A stretch of DNA of 64,000 bases from Alphaproteobacteria bacterium UBA830 (GCA_905181725.1 CAJIYX010000020.1:4513-68512); one strand, 5' to 3'. Positions 20,725 through 31,163 are shown, numbered from the stretch's first letter. The notes: generated by a model from the sequence alone, not told the origin. A program made the numbers and translations.

Positions 20725-21405
20725 CTATCGGGCAAGCAGCAGGCGATGACGGTTGCCCGCCCGTTCGGCAAAGTTGGCAAGGTCACCGACCCAATGGATC
20801 ACGCGGTCCCACATCAGGGTAAGCACGGGCCCGATTTCCTCTTCGTGTTCGAACAGCAGCCGCATTAGACGGATCGCATGGATATCGGTGTCGGTTTCGA
20901 TCTTGTTCAGCTCATCGATCATGTACATGACCTTGTCTGCCTCGGCGCCCCGAAAACCGGTGCCGACCAGCTCGTCCATCTCTGCCATGATTTTGCCGAG
21001 GTGGTTGCACGCATCGACGCAACGCGTCGTAAGCTCCATCAGCGGCTCGCGCATTTCATCCGGCAGGGTCATGTGGCGGACGAACATCATACCTGCGATG
21101 TCCTGCGCCGTGTCGGCAATGGAATCCTGCAGGTCGAGAATTTCCAGAAGATCGCGGCGGTCGACAGGCAGAAACAGGCTTTTCGGCAGATGGGCCCGCA
21201 ATTCGTTTTTGATGTCGTCGGCCTCGCTTTCCAGCGTGTTGATCCTACCGCGGATCAATTCGACTTTCGGCAGATCGTGGTCCAACGCAGCCTCAAAAAT
21301 GTTGGGCACTTCGTTCGCACAATCGATCACGACACGGATGTGTTCCTGCAATGGCTTGAACGGCGACTGGCCGAACAGCTGCATCAGCGGGTTTTTGATC
21401 GCCAT
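20725..21405 (-). CDS. DUF47/TIGR00153 PhoU-like Pit accessory protein
   Basis: ORF 20725..21495; the ATG at 21405 gives MAIKNPLMQLFGQSPFKPLQEH. Family typically paired with pit. Confidence 0.8.
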   Translation of the reverse strand: MAIKNPLMQLFGQSPFKPLQEHIRVVIDCANEVPNIFEAALDHDLPKVELIRGRINTLESEADDIKNELRAHLPKSLFLPVDRRDLLEILDLQDSIADTAQDIAGMMFVRHMTLPDEMREPLMELTTRCVDACNHLGKIMAEMDELVGTGFRGAEADKVMYMIDELNKIETDTDIHAIRLMRLLFEHEEEIGPVLTLMWDRVIHWVGDLANFAERAGNRHRLLLAR

Positions 21406-21497
21406 GGGCGGTCTCTCTATATCGAGCGGCGTTGTCTCACCGCTGTTATAAACACCGGATAGGCTGATGCAACAACGAATGGGTTGATGCGGCAAAT

Positions 21498-22823
21498 TTA
21501 GGTGGATTCGTTTCCCGTCTCACCGGTGTCCCCGGCATCCCTGTCGATCCGGGCCATCAATCTGACCAGAAGCCACAACAGCGCAATCGCCGGAAGCGAC
21601 ATGGCGCCGACACCGATAAAAAACAGCGTCCAGTCGCCGCCCAGCGCATCCACCGCCCAGCCCGAAACCGATCCAAGCTGGATGCGTGCAAAATTCCCGA
21701 GCGATGCCAGCAGCGCGTATTGGGTCGCCGTAAAGGCGACGTTGCACAAACCAGACAGATAGGCGACGAAGGCGGTGGTCGCCATGCCTCCGGTCAGATT
21801 GTCAAAGAACACGACCGTCGCCAGCAGGCCGAAATCCTTGCCACTGGATGCAAGAAGTGCAAAGGCAAGATTGGTGATCATCATCAGCACCGCACCGAGG
21901 AACATGGCGCGCATAACGCCGAGGCGAACACACACCCAGCCGCCGACCAGAACGCCGAGCAGCGTCGCCGCAAGACCGACGGTCTTAGTGTAATTGGCAA
22001 TCTCGATCTTGGTGAACCCGAGATCGACATAAAACACGCCGGCCATCCGGCCCAGCATCGCATCGCCGAATTTGTAGAAAACAATAACAGCCAGCACGAG
22101 CACCGCCATCCAGCCGAGCCGCGTAAAGAAATCCTGCAGCGGGGCAACCGCCGCCCGGTTCAGCCAGTCCGCGACGTTTTTTGCCGGCGCCGTCAATTCG
22201 GGCGGATGATCCGGTTCCCGCGCAACCATCGTGGCGACCGCAATAACGCCGATAACCGCAGCGGCCGCGATAAAGGCTGCCATCCAGCCACCCGCCGCCG
22301 CAACATAGAGCGCGCCCGCACCGGTCAGAAAGGCGCCGCTATGCCAGCCATAAATGGCAATCGCCGCGCCCGTGCCGTATTCCTCCGGCTTGAGAGTTTC
22401 GACCCGGTAAGCGTCAATCGCGACATCCTGGGTCGCCGACAAAAATGACACCAGCAACGCACATCCCGCCAGCGCAATGGCGGCGGTTTTGGGATCCTGG
22501 GCACCCATTGCAATCACCACCGGCACCAACAGCATCTGACAGCCGAATATCCAGGATCGCCGCTGTCCAAGCCACCGGTGTAGCCCCGGCAATCGCCCCC
22601 GGTCGACCAGCGGCGCCCACAGGAAATTGATGGCATAGGGCGTCGCGACGGCCCCGATAATCCCGATGGAGGTTCGGGACACGCCTTCTTCTCGCAGCCA
22701 GATTGACAGGGTCGCAAAAACCAATGACGACGGCAGACCGCTCGCCATGCCGAAAAAGAAAATTGTCTTGAAACGCGGATCGCGCAGCCGCGCCGTCCAC
22801 TGCACCTGTCGGGAATCCGTCAT
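21498..22823 (-). CDS. ampG: AmpG-family muropeptide MFS permease
   Basis: 441 aa, roughly 12-14 TM MFS protein. N-terminus FFFGMASGLPSSLVFATLSIWLRE is typical of AmpG. Confidence 0.8.
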   Translation of the reverse strand: MTDSRQVQWTARLRDPRFKTIFFFGMASGLPSSLVFATLSIWLREEGVSRTSIGIIGAVATPYAINFLWAPLVDRGRLPGLHRWLGQRRSWIFGCQMLLVPVVIAMGAQDPKTAAIALAGCALLVSFLSATQDVAIDAYRVETLKPEEYGTGAAIAIYGWHSGAFLTGAGALYVAAAGGWMAAFIAAAAVIGVIAVATMVAREPDHPPELTAPAKNVADWLNRAAVAPLQDFFTRLGWMAVLVLAVIVFYKFGDAMLGRMAGVFYVDLGFTKIEIANYTKTVGLAATLLGVLVGGWVCVRLGVMRAMFLGAVLMMITNLAFALLASSGKDFGLLATVVFFDNLTGGMATTAFVAYLSGLCNVAFTATQYALLASLGNFARIQLGSVSGWAVDALGGDWTLFFIGVGAMSLPAIALLWLLVRLMARIDRDAGDTGETGNEST

Positions 22824-22944
22824 TTTAGGATTCTAGACGCCACCGGGTGTGTTTGGCCAGAAGCGACAACAGGAGACCACATGTTTAAACATATTAAAAT
22901 CAGGACCAAGACCAAATTGTCGGAAGCCGCGCGCCAAACACACG

Positions 22945-23184
22945 ATGCTGCTAGAAGATGATAGCACCCGCATCGGCCACTGGATCTTCGCCCCCGGCGA
23001 TCAAACCGGCTAGCACAACCACATGCATGGCTACATAGCCTTCAGCGCCGACAAAAGTGAAAAGCGTGTCGAATATGAAGACGGAAGAACCATGTTTTAT
23101 GTCTACGACGAAAAAACACAACAAAAACATATTTTTGACGATGAGGTTCGGGTTCTGGAAATTGAACACAAGCACGCCCCCTGA
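22945..23184 (+). pseudogene. small cupin-like ORF remnant with an in-frame TAG (23011..23013)
   Basis: Hand translation gives MLLEDDSTRIGHWIFAPGDQTG*HNHMHGYIAFSADKSEKRVEYEDGRTMFYVYDEKTQQKHIFDDEVRVLEIEHKHAP*. PGDQTGxHNH fits cupin motif 1, G-x5-HxH. Weak call. Confidence 0.3.
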
Positions 23185-23327
23185 CTGACCACCGAAAAAT
23201 TGATAACGTGCCTAGCCATCGCAGTTTGCAGTTCGTTGTCAGCATATGCTAATATTTGGCGTTGATTGTGACCTTTCCAAGGTATCAATTTGCTAACAGG
23301 GACGAACCACTAATCTGGAGTTTTAAG

Positions 23328-24332
23328 ATGAAAAGAGTAATTGCAGTGTGCGCCATGGTCGCGGCTGGAGCAGTTTTAACTGCTGGAGCGGTCAGCGCAA
23401 AGACTATCAATATGAAAATTGGTATGGTCACAATTAATGATTCAAACCATTTCAGCGCGAAGTGGATGAAAAAAGAAATTGAGGCGAAGACAAACGGTCG
23501 CATCAAAGTCGGTGTTTTTCCGGCTGCGCAGCTTGGTAAAATTCCTCGCCAAATTGAAGCAATTCAACTAGGTACCCAAGAGGTTTTTATGATTCCTCCG
23601 GGCTTTTTCATCGGCATTGATAAGCGCTTCATGGTCACCGACGCGCCGGGCATGTTTACAGATGAAAATCATGCAACTAGGGCCGTTAATCATCCGGATT
23701 TCTTTAATGTATTTTCACAAATCGGAGCAAAAAAAGGCTTCGTTGTGATGTCCATGTGGGGCTGCGGAGCAACATCCATTGCAACCATTAAGCCGTTCAA
23801 GAAGTTGGCTGATCTGAAGGGTAGAAAAATTCGAGTTTTGGCCACCCCTCTAGAGCGGGCGGTTATAGGTTCTTTGGGGGCAACCGGTGTCCCGATCCCT
23901 TATTCGGAAGTGTTGCCTTCGATGCAGCGGAAGACCATTGACGGTGTGCGCAGCTCCATAGGCGTCATGCATCCGTCAAAGTTTTGGACGGTTGCGAAAA
24001 ATATTACCCTGACGGGAATGGCACAGATCACATGTGGATCATTTACAAGTACAGCATGGCTTAATAAGCTCCCTTCAGATTTGAAGAAAATTGTGATGGA
24101 CGTCGCAAAAGCGTCAACGAAGCACTCGGGTAAATGGGGCTACGATCTCACTCGTTTAGCTGAAAAGAGATGGGCAGAAGAAAAAGGTGCGGTCGTAAAT
24201 CGCCTGTCTGACGCTGAACAGAAAGAGCTGATAAGTAGAGTTAAGCCTATTGGTGATAAAATTTTGGGACAAGATCCCAAAACCAAAGACATATTTGCTT
24301 TGCTGAAAAAGGTTGCAGCAGTCACCCGATAA
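23328..24332 (+). CDS. TRAP transporter solute-binding protein (DctP family), orphan
   Basis: ORF 23256..24332. The ATG at 23328 follows a GGAG sequence and gives the signal peptide MKRVIAVCAMVAAGAVLTAGAVSA. DctP-like throughout. No dctQ or dctM nearby. Confidence 0.85.
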   Translation: MKRVIAVCAMVAAGAVLTAGAVSAKTINMKIGMVTINDSNHFSAKWMKKEIEAKTNGRIKVGVFPAAQLGKIPRQIEAIQLGTQEVFMIPPGFFIGIDKRFMVTDAPGMFTDENHATRAVNHPDFFNVFSQIGAKKGFVVMSMWGCGATSIATIKPFKKLADLKGRKIRVLATPLERAVIGSLGATGVPIPYSEVLPSMQRKTIDGVRSSIGVMHPSKFWTVAKNITLTGMAQITCGSFTSTAWLNKLPSDLKKIVMDVAKASTKHSGKWGYDLTRLAEKRWAEEKGAVVNRLSDAEQKELISRVKPIGDKILGQDPKTKDIFALLKKVAAVTR

Positions 24333-24352
24333 GCAAATTTAAGAGAATGGAG

Positions 24353-24380
24353 CACCCCCGACCTAGTCGGGGGTGTTTTT
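24353..24380 (+). terminator. Rho-independent terminator after the TRAP binding-protein gene
   Basis: Perfect 9-bp stem CACCCCCGA / TCGGGGGTG, a 5-nt loop, then TTTTT. Begins 21 nt after the stop codon. Confidence 0.7.
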
Positions 24381-24428
24381 CGTTCTACAACGTTGTGAAC
24401 AAGACGCGTTTCAATAGGAGTATCTAAT

Positions 24429-24833
24429 ATGTCAAACCGGCCATCTCTCGCTTGGATGGAAAGATATCGGGAGACAGTCAATGCCGACCCCGAGATGTCC
24501 GTCATTGGCGACTGGTTCACGGAGAATTTCAAAATCTCCTTCGAAGGAACCGATTTTCTTATTTCGGTTCGCGAGGGCAAAATTACTGGGATTGAAGAGA
24601 ACCCACGCTTTGACCGCCCCACGGCATTTTCGCTGCGGGCGCCAATGTCTGTGTGGAACAAATTCATCAGTCCGAACCCACCACCGCTATTTCACGATTT
24701 TTTTGCGATGCTAATGCGTGTCGATGACTTCGTACTCGACGGCAATACGCTCACGACGATGCAGAACGCCCGCGCGCTGCACCGCATGATGAACATTCTT
24801 AAACAGATGGAGCCGCTCAATGCCCCAGCCTGA
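24429..24833 (+). CDS. SCP2 (sterol-carrier-protein-2)-like small protein
   Basis: 134 aa. General SCP2-fold pattern, judged by eye only. Overlaps the downstream hydrolase gene by 14 nt. Confidence 0.5.
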   Translation: MSNRPSLAWMERYRETVNADPEMSVIGDWFTENFKISFEGTDFLISVREGKITGIEENPRFDRPTAFSLRAPMSVWNKFISPNPPPLFHDFFAMLMRVDDFVLDGNTLTTMQNARALHRMMNILKQMEPLNAPA

Positions 24834-25668
24834 ACCAACGCATGAGCCGATTGTCGGCCGCTATATCAATATCACCAGCGGTGGGCTCAACTACCGTATT
24901 TTCTTCGAGGAAGCCGGCGAAGGCGTGCCTTTGATCTGCCTGCACACCGCCGGCACCGACAGCCGCCAGTTCCGTCACGTGCTGAACGACCCCGACGTGA
25001 CGTCGAAATGCCGCGTCATCGCCTTCGACATGCCGTATCACGGCCGCTCTAACCCGCCGGAAAACTGGTGGCTGACCAAGTATCAGCTGACCACCGACGT
25101 CTACCTGAACCTTATCCACGATTTCTGGCTGGCTCTCGGTATCATAAACCCTATCGTTATGGGGTGTTCAATGGGCGGTGCGGTAACGCTCGGCGTGGCC
25201 GCACGGTATCAGGAGGAAATCACCGGTATCATCGGTCTGGAAAGCGCCGCGTTTGCCGGCGGACGCGATAACGACTTCCTGCACCACCCGGCGATCCACG
25301 GCGGCGAGCTTGCCGCCAGTTACACATACGGGCTCAATGCGCCGTCTTCGCCGGAATCAGGCTGCCGCGAAAACTGGTGGTATTACAGCCAGGGCGGACC
25401 CGGCGTGTACAAGGGCGACGTCTATTTTTACTGCGAAGACTGGGACGCGCGCGAAGACATCAAGACCATCGACACCAACCGCTGCAAGGTCTCGCTGCTG
25501 ACCGGCGAATACGATTATTCGGCAACGCCGGAAATGTCACAGGCCGCGGCTGACGCCATCACGGGCGCGCGGCTAACCATTATGGAAGATATCGGCCATT
25601 TTCCGATGATCGAAAATTACGACCGGTTCAGGCCGTATCTTCTGACGGAACTGGAACAGATGCTCTGA
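24820..25668 (+). CDS. alpha/beta-fold hydrolase
   Basis: 282 aa. Oxyanion region PLICLHTAGTD, nucleophile elbow GCSMGG, C-terminal catalytic His region (IGHFPMIE). Confidence 0.8.
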   Translation: MPQPEPTHEPIVGRYINITSGGLNYRIFFEEAGEGVPLICLHTAGTDSRQFRHVLNDPDVTSKCRVIAFDMPYHGRSNPPENWWLTKYQLTTDVYLNLIHDFWLALGIINPIVMGCSMGGAVTLGVAARYQEEITGIIGLESAAFAGGRDNDFLHHPAIHGGELAASYTYGLNAPSSPESGCRENWWYYSQGGPGVYKGDVYFYCEDWDAREDIKTIDTNRCKVSLLTGEYDYSATPEMSQAAADAITGARLTIMEDIGHFPMIENYDRFRPYLLTELEQML

Positions 25669-25702
25669 CGGTCAGGACAACACCGATCTCCGGCGGGTAA
25701 AA

Positions 25703-27547
25703 TCAGGCGCTTTCGGCTTCTTTGCGAGATTCTTTCTTGCGGTCATGCGGGCTGAGCAGACGCTTGCGCAGACGGACGTGCTGCGGCGTTACTTCAACCA
25801 GTTCATCGTCGTCGATATAGGCGATTGCCTCTTCGAGACGCAGCGACCGCGGCGTCGTCAGGCGCACGGCTTCGTCCGTGCCGGATGCCCGGACGTTCGA
25901 CAGCTTCTTGGTTTTCAGCGGATTGACCTCAAGATCATTGCCCCGGCTGTGTTCGCCGATGACCATGCCTTCATAGACCGCGGTCCCGGCGCCTATGAAC
26001 AATTCGCCGCGCTCTTCGAGGTTCCACAACGCAAAGGGCACCGATTTTCCCTGGCTATTCGAAATCAGCACGCCGTTGCGACGCCCCGGGACCTTACCCT
26101 TATGGGGTGCATAGGAATGATACAGGCGGCTCATAACGCCGGTACCGCGGGTCTCGTTTAGAAACTGACCGTGATAGCCGATCAGCCCGCGTGAAGGTGC
26201 AAGGAATGTCAGCCGTGTTTTGCCGCCGCCGGACGGGCGCATATCCGTCATTTCGCCACGGCGTTCGCCGAGCGCCTCGACCACCGGGCCGACATAGGCT
26301 TCATCGACATCGATCACAACTTCTTCGATCGGCTCTTCGCGCCCACCCGTATCGGGGTTGTCACGATACAGGACGCGCGGACGGGAAACGGAGAGTTCGA
26401 ACCCTTCGCGACGGAGCGATTCAATCAACACGCCAAGCTGCAATTCTCCGCGGCCTTTGACCTCAAAAACGTTCTCGTCATTGGTGCGTTCGATACCGAT
26501 GGCAACATTGCCTTCCGCCTCGCGCACAAGCCTCGACGCCAGCAGACGCGACGTCACTTTGTCACCGTCATCGCCCGCGAACGGTGAATCGTTAATCGAA
26601 AAACTCATCGACAATGTCGGCGGATCAACAGGCATTGCCTGAATAGGTACGCCGGCGTCCGGATCTGTAATCGTGTCCGCAACCGTCGCTTCTTTCAGAC
26701 CGGCAATAGCAATGATATCGCCGGCACGCGCTTCATCGACCGGCACGCGTTCGATGCCCCGAAACGCCAGCAGCTTTGTCAGCCGTCCGGTTTCGAGCTT
26801 TTTGCCATCCTGGCTCAGCGCTGTGACGGGTGCGTTGACGCGGGCGACGCCGCGCTCGACGCGCCCGGTCAGAACACGGCCGAGATAGTTGTCATATTCG
26901 AGGATCGTCGCCAGCATGGCGAACGGCGCTTCCACATCCGCAACCGGCGGCGCGAAGTGCTTGGTGATCAGCTCGAACAGCGGGTTCAGCGATTCCCGCG
27001 GCGCTTCGAGATCTTCCGCTGCCCAGCCTTCCTTTGCCGATGCATAAAGCGTCGGGAAATCGAGCTGCTCATCCGTCGCGTCGAGGGCGGCAAACAGATC
27101 GAAAACTTCTTCCTGAACTTCGTAGGCGCGCTGATCGGGACGATCCGCCTTGTTGACGACGACGATCGGTTTGAGTCCGAGCGCTAGCGCCTTCATGGTG
27201 ACAAACTTGGTCTGCGGCATCGGCCCTTCCGCCGCGTCCACCAGCACCAGGGCGCCATCGACCATCGACAGGATACGCTCGACCTCGCCGCCGAAATCGG
27301 CATGGCCGGGGGTGTCGACGATATTGATACGGATACCGTTCCATTCGACCGATGCGCATTTGGCAAGGATTGTGATACCGCGTTCGCGCTCCTGATCGTT
27401 GGAATCCATAACACGTTCGGCAATACGCTGGTTGTCCCGGAACGTGCCGGACTGCCGCAGTAACTGGTCGACCAGCGTAGTTTTGCCATGATCGACATGC
27501 GCGATGATCGCGATATTACGAAGTTCTGTCACGGTTCGGTTTTCCAA
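25703..27547 (-). CDS. typA: translational GTPase TypA/BipA
   Basis: 614 aa with G1 motif AHVDHGKTT and [11 protein letters not shown] start. Confidence 0.95.
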   Translation of the reverse strand: MENRTVTELRNIAIIAHVDHGKTTLVDQLLRQSGTFRDNQRIAERVMDSNDQERERGITILAKCASVEWNGIRINIVDTPGHADFGGEVERILSMVDGALVLVDAAEGPMPQTKFVTMKALALGLKPIVVVNKADRPDQRAYEVQEEVFDLFAALDATDEQLDFPTLYASAKEGWAAEDLEAPRESLNPLFELITKHFAPPVADVEAPFAMLATILEYDNYLGRVLTGRVERGVARVNAPVTALSQDGKKLETGRLTKLLAFRGIERVPVDEARAGDIIAIAGLKEATVADTITDPDAGVPIQAMPVDPPTLSMSFSINDSPFAGDDGDKVTSRLLASRLVREAEGNVAIGIERTNDENVFEVKGRGELQLGVLIESLRREGFELSVSRPRVLYRDNPDTGGREEPIEEVVIDVDEAYVGPVVEALGERRGEMTDMRPSGGGKTRLTFLAPSRGLIGYHGQFLNETRGTGVMSRLYHSYAPHKGKVPGRRNGVLISNSQGKSVPFALWNLEERGELFIGAGTAVYEGMVIGEHSRGNDLEVNPLKTKKLSNVRASGTDEAVRLTTPRSLRLEEAIAYIDDDELVEVTPQHVRLRKRLLSPHDRKKESRKEAESA

Positions 27548-27556
27548 AATTAACGA

Positions 27557-27576
27557 GGCGGGTCATCTGACCCGCC
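27557..27576 (-). terminator. candidate terminator hairpin between the kinase gene and typA
   Basis: Perfect 9-bp stem GGCGGGTCA-tc-TGACCCGCC. On the minus strand the T-run comes only after 8 nt, so the call is weak. Confidence 0.35.
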
Positions 27577-27635
27577 CGTTCGATTTCAACATGCGTTTAC
27601 GTTACGCCAGCGCTGTATACAGCGAATTGAGAAAA

Positions 27636-28628
27636 TTATCCCAGTTTTTCCTTTACCAGGGCTGAAAGCGACGTTTCCGGTCGCGCCCCGTAATGGCTGA
27701 TGATCTCCGCGGCGCATATCGATCCGACCCGCCCGGCAATTTCCAGCTCGTAGCCCTGGGTCAGGCCAAACAGTACACCCGCCGCATAAAGATCGCCGGC
27801 ACCGGTAGTGTCGACAATGTTCGTGACCGGCTCGGCCAGAATTTCAATCACCTGGTCGGCGGTCACAATCACCGAGCCCTCGGCGCCCCTAGTGACCGCG
27901 GCGAGATCAACCTTGCCGACAAGCCTACCAACCGCATCATCGAAGGAATCGGTCTCGTACAGGGACGTAATCTCGTCATGGTTGGCAAACAGGATATCGA
28001 CATGACCTTCGACGAGATGCTGGAAAGATGCCCGGTGGCGATCAACGCAGAACGGATCGGACAGCGACAGGGCTACTTTACGGCCCGCGGCATGCGCAAG
28101 TTCGGCTGCCTTCACGAAGGCTTCCTTCGCCGCGTCGCGGTCGAACAGATAGCCTTCAAGATAAGTGATCTGGGCATCGCCGATCGCTTCCGGGTCGATG
28201 TCGTCGGGACCCAGCATGACGCTGACGCCGAGGAATGTCTGCATCGTTCGGTCGGCATCGGGGGTCACGAAAATCAGGCAGCGTGCCGTGGACTCGCCTC
28301 CAGTCGCTGGCCGGGATCGGTAATCGACGCCGGCGGCCTTGATATCATGGCTAAAAACGCCGCCGAGCTGGTCGTCACGCACCTTGCCGATATATGCGCC
28401 TGCGCCGCCGAGCGAGGCGATGCCTGCCAGCGTGTTTGCAGCGGACCCGCCAGACGTTTCCATGCCGGCATCCATTTCGCCATAGAGCCTGTCGGCTTCA
28501 TCGGCATCGATCAGGGTCATCGTACCCTTGCTGAGTTTGAGGCGGTCAATCATTGCTTCATCAGCCTGTGCGATCACATCTACAATCGCATTGCCGACGC
28601 CGACGACGTCTAACTGGGCGTCTGCCAT
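27636..28628 (-). CDS. adenosine kinase / PfkB-family carbohydrate kinase
   Basis: ORF 27636..28790. The ATG at 28628 is preceded by GGAG. Starts MADAQLDVVGVGNAIVDV. PfkB signature DTTGAGD. Confidence 0.8.
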   Translation of the reverse strand: MADAQLDVVGVGNAIVDVIAQADEAMIDRLKLSKGTMTLIDADEADRLYGEMDAGMETSGGSAANTLAGIASLGGAGAYIGKVRDDQLGGVFSHDIKAAGVDYRSRPATGGESTARCLIFVTPDADRTMQTFLGVSVMLGPDDIDPEAIGDAQITYLEGYLFDRDAAKEAFVKAAELAHAAGRKVALSLSDPFCVDRHRASFQHLVEGHVDILFANHDEITSLYETDSFDDAVGRLVGKVDLAAVTRGAEGSVIVTADQVIEILAEPVTNIVDTTGAGDLYAAGVLFGLTQGYELEIAGRVGSICAAEIISHYGARPETSLSALVKEKLG

Positions 28629-28819
28629 AAGGTACTCCTGAAACAGTCTGGGAATTTTTGAGAATCGGCGCGCAGTATAGCGACGGCGGGCAACACTGCA
28701 ATGGAAACCGCTCTGAGCCGCCCCATAGCTAAAAACGTAACCGAAAAGGGGCCTTGCGCCGCCTGTCACAGCCCGGTTAAACAGGCGCATAATGCACCAG
28801 AGTCAGGATCGGCAAGGCT

Positions 28820-29515
28820 ATGTTTTCAGGACTTTTTCTCGCGATTGAGCAATTGGGCGATCCCCGAATTCGCGGCGTAATCGTCCGCGCGGTGGTGATA
28901 AGCGCCGCGCTGTTCATCGGGCTGATGTTCGCCATCGGCTGGCTTTTGAGCGGCTTGTCTGTGTTTGGGATCAGCTGGATCGACGGCGCAGTCTCTTTTC
29001 TGGGCGGGGGCACTGCCTTCGTGATCGGGCTGTTCCTGTTTCCGGCTTTCACCGGCATTATAATCTCCTTCATGCTCGAAGAAATCGCCAGCGCTGTCGA
29101 AGCCCGGCACTATCCAGACCTGCCAGCGGCACGCGAAGAGCCGGTGATGGAGATGGTCGGCAACGCGGTGCGGTTTGCAGGCGTGACTGTGATTTTGAAC
29201 CTGCTGGTGTTCATTTTCGTGGTGCCGATCATGCTGATCACCATCGTACTTATCCCGGTCATTCCCTTTGTCTTCTATGGCCTCAACGGGTATCTTCTCG
29301 GGCGCGAGTATTTTGAATTCGCGGCTATCCGGCGGCTGAACCCGGCGGCTGGACGGACGTTACGACGACATTTCAAACTCCGCGTTTTTATGTGCGGTAT
29401 AGCGATTGCCGTGCTGATGACGATACCGTTCGTGAACTGGGTGATGCCGGTGGTTGCGGCGGCCTATATGTTGCATGTATTTGAAGGCGTTCGCGGTCGC
29501 GCGGCAAACGCCTGA
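28820..29515 (+). CDS. EI24/CysZ-like membrane protein
   Basis: 231 aa with four or more TM segments. N-terminus MFSGLFLAIEQLGDPRIRGV is typical of the EI24/CysZ family. Confidence 0.6.
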   Translation: MFSGLFLAIEQLGDPRIRGVIVRAVVISAALFIGLMFAIGWLLSGLSVFGISWIDGAVSFLGGGTAFVIGLFLFPAFTGIIISFMLEEIASAVEARHYPDLPAAREEPVMEMVGNAVRFAGVTVILNLLVFIFVVPIMLITIVLIPVIPFVFYGLNGYLLGREYFEFAAIRRLNPAAGRTLRRHFKLRVFMCGIAIAVLMTIPFVNWVMPVVAAAYMLHVFEGVRGRAANA

Positions 29516-29629
29516 CTCGGAATAAGACGGCCAAAGAATCACAGTCGTGCAGGCGGCAAGACAACACAGCCGCTTGTTGCGGCGAAAGTAGAACCGCCGC
29601 ATTGCGGCACTTACCGGAAAGACAGGACC

Positions 29630-30124
29630 ATGGCGGACCAGAAAAACCCGATCAAAACCGAAACCTCTGCGGCGTTAGCGCTTAAAGCCGATTCCGGCGC
29701 GACACCTCCGACCACGCTCCGCCCTGCGAAAGTCGCGCGCCCGGCACATGATCTGCAGGCCATCTCAAGCCCGTCCAATCTGAGCAGCCCGGAAGGCAAA
29801 AAGCTGATTGTCGGCCGTGAAATCGAACTCAGCGGCAATATCAGCGCCTGCGACAAGCTGGTGGTTGAAGGTCGGGTCGAGGCCGAGCTGCAGGACTGCC
29901 GTCAGATTGAGATTGCCGCAACCGGCACGTTCAAAGGCTCTGCCGCCATCGATATGGCGGAAATCAGCGGTAATTTTGAAGGCACCCTAACCGCACGCGA
30001 TATCCTGATCGTGCGGTCGACAGGCCGGATTACCGGCACTGTGCGCTTCGGCAAGCTCGAGATCGAACGCGGCGGCGAAGTGGTTGGCGATATAGGTCTG
30101 TGTGACACACCGGGCGACGACTGA
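29630..30124 (+). CDS. bactofilin (polymer-forming cytoskeletal protein)
   Basis: 164 aa. Disordered N-terminus, then a beta-helical bactofilin repeat region (IVGREIELSGNISACDKLVVEGRVEA...GTVRFGKLEIERGGEVVGDI). Confidence 0.8.
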   Translation: MADQKNPIKTETSAALALKADSGATPPTTLRPAKVARPAHDLQAISSPSNLSSPEGKKLIVGREIELSGNISACDKLVVEGRVEAELQDCRQIEIAATGTFKGSAAIDMAEISGNFEGTLTARDILIVRSTGRITGTVRFGKLEIERGGEVVGDIGLCDTPGDD

Positions 30125-30149
30125 GGGTCGCAGCAGAACCGACTAATTT

Positions 30150-30572
30150 ATGCCCCGCCGACTTATTGTCGTCGCACTCAGCGCCGCGCTGAGCGCCTGT
30201 GTCGCCCAGTCGGGTGGGCCAGACACCCCCGAGACGCCGGTCGACGACCAGTCCATGTCGGAACCGGAACAGCCGAATATGGTCGCCACACCCACCCCGC
30301 CGCCGCAACAGGCCGCGATCGACCCGGCAAGCCTGGTCGGGATGACAGGCGAGCGTGTAACAGTGCTGTTTGGGACACCGGTCTTCGTAAGACGCGATCC
30401 GCCGGGCGAGTTCTGGCGATATCGCGGCCAGACCTGCGTATTGGAGTTGTTTTTCTACCTGCAGCGCGGCGCACAGCGGGTCGATCATCTCGAAACGCGG
30501 AACACCGGCAGCAAACCGGAAGACCGGGCAAATTGCATCGCAAAACTGCGAAAGCCGCCGGTCGAAGGTTAG
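30150..30572 (+). CDS. hypothetical lipoprotein
   Basis: 140 aa. Lipobox ALSAC at the N-terminus, then a Pro-rich linker. No family recognised. Confidence 0.5.
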   Translation: MPRRLIVVALSAALSACVAQSGGPDTPETPVDDQSMSEPEQPNMVATPTPPPQQAAIDPASLVGMTGERVTVLFGTPVFVRRDPPGEFWRYRGQTCVLELFFYLQRGAQRVDHLETRNTGSKPEDRANCIAKLRKPPVEG

Positions 30573-30623
30573 TTCGGGGCTAATTTAGGGCTCAATCGGG
30601 GGTATTCATCTGTTATATGCCCG

Positions 30624-31163
30624 TCAGCGCTGATCTTCGGGGCCGATCCGGTCGCGATCCGGCGCCGGGGTATCGACTTCTTCAAAATCCCCATCGATGA
30701 CAGGGCCACCCGCCATCGGACCACGACGGCCTGGACCCGCGCCTGAACCGGGACCTGAACCGGGCGGTCCGCCGCTGAATCCACCGGCTGAGACCGATAT
30801 TTTTCCGCTTCGCACCAGCCAACGACCGATCGCACTGGCTGCAAACCGCCGAAAAGGCGGCACGAACAACAAAAATCCGACCGTGTCGGTGAAAAATCCG
30901 GGTGTAAGCAGCAAAATACCGGCAATAAGCAGGCATAAACCGTCAAATACCTCCTGAACCGGCAATTCATTGCGTGCCGTAGCTTGCTGCGCACGCTGAA
31001 GGACCGCAAGCCCCTGGAGCCGTAATAAAGTGGTCCCGGCAAAAGCGGTCACGATCACGATACCCAGGGTGGGCCACAGGCCGATCCAGCCGCCAATCTC
31101 GATAAAAAGGCCTATTTCGATGATCGGAATGGCAATAAACATTGCCAGCAAAAGTATTGCCAT
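30624..31163 (-). CDS. fxsA: FxsA family membrane protein
   Basis: 179 aa. N-terminus IPIIEIGLFIEIGGWIGLWPTLGIVIVTAFAGTTLLRLQG is typical of FxsA. Confidence 0.8.
   Translation of the reverse strand: MAILLLAMFIAIPIIEIGLFIEIGGWIGLWPTLGIVIVTAFAGTTLLRLQGLAVLQRAQQATARNELPVQEVFDGLCLLIAGILLLTPGFFTDTVGFLLFVPPFRRFAASAIGRWLVRSGKISVSAGGFSGGPPGSGPGSGAGPGRRGPMAGGPVIDGDFEEVDTPAPDRDRIGPEDQR

Noticed and set aside
27611-27624. Perfect palindrome CGCTGTATACAGCG containing CTGT...ACAG, reminiscent of a LexA box.
   Set aside because: Its spacing (CTGT-N2-ACAG) does not match the gammaproteobacterial SOS box (CTGT-N8-ACAG). The alphaproteobacterial SOS box has a different form (GAAC/GTTC direct repeats). It also lies just 3' of a kinase gene, not in a promoter.
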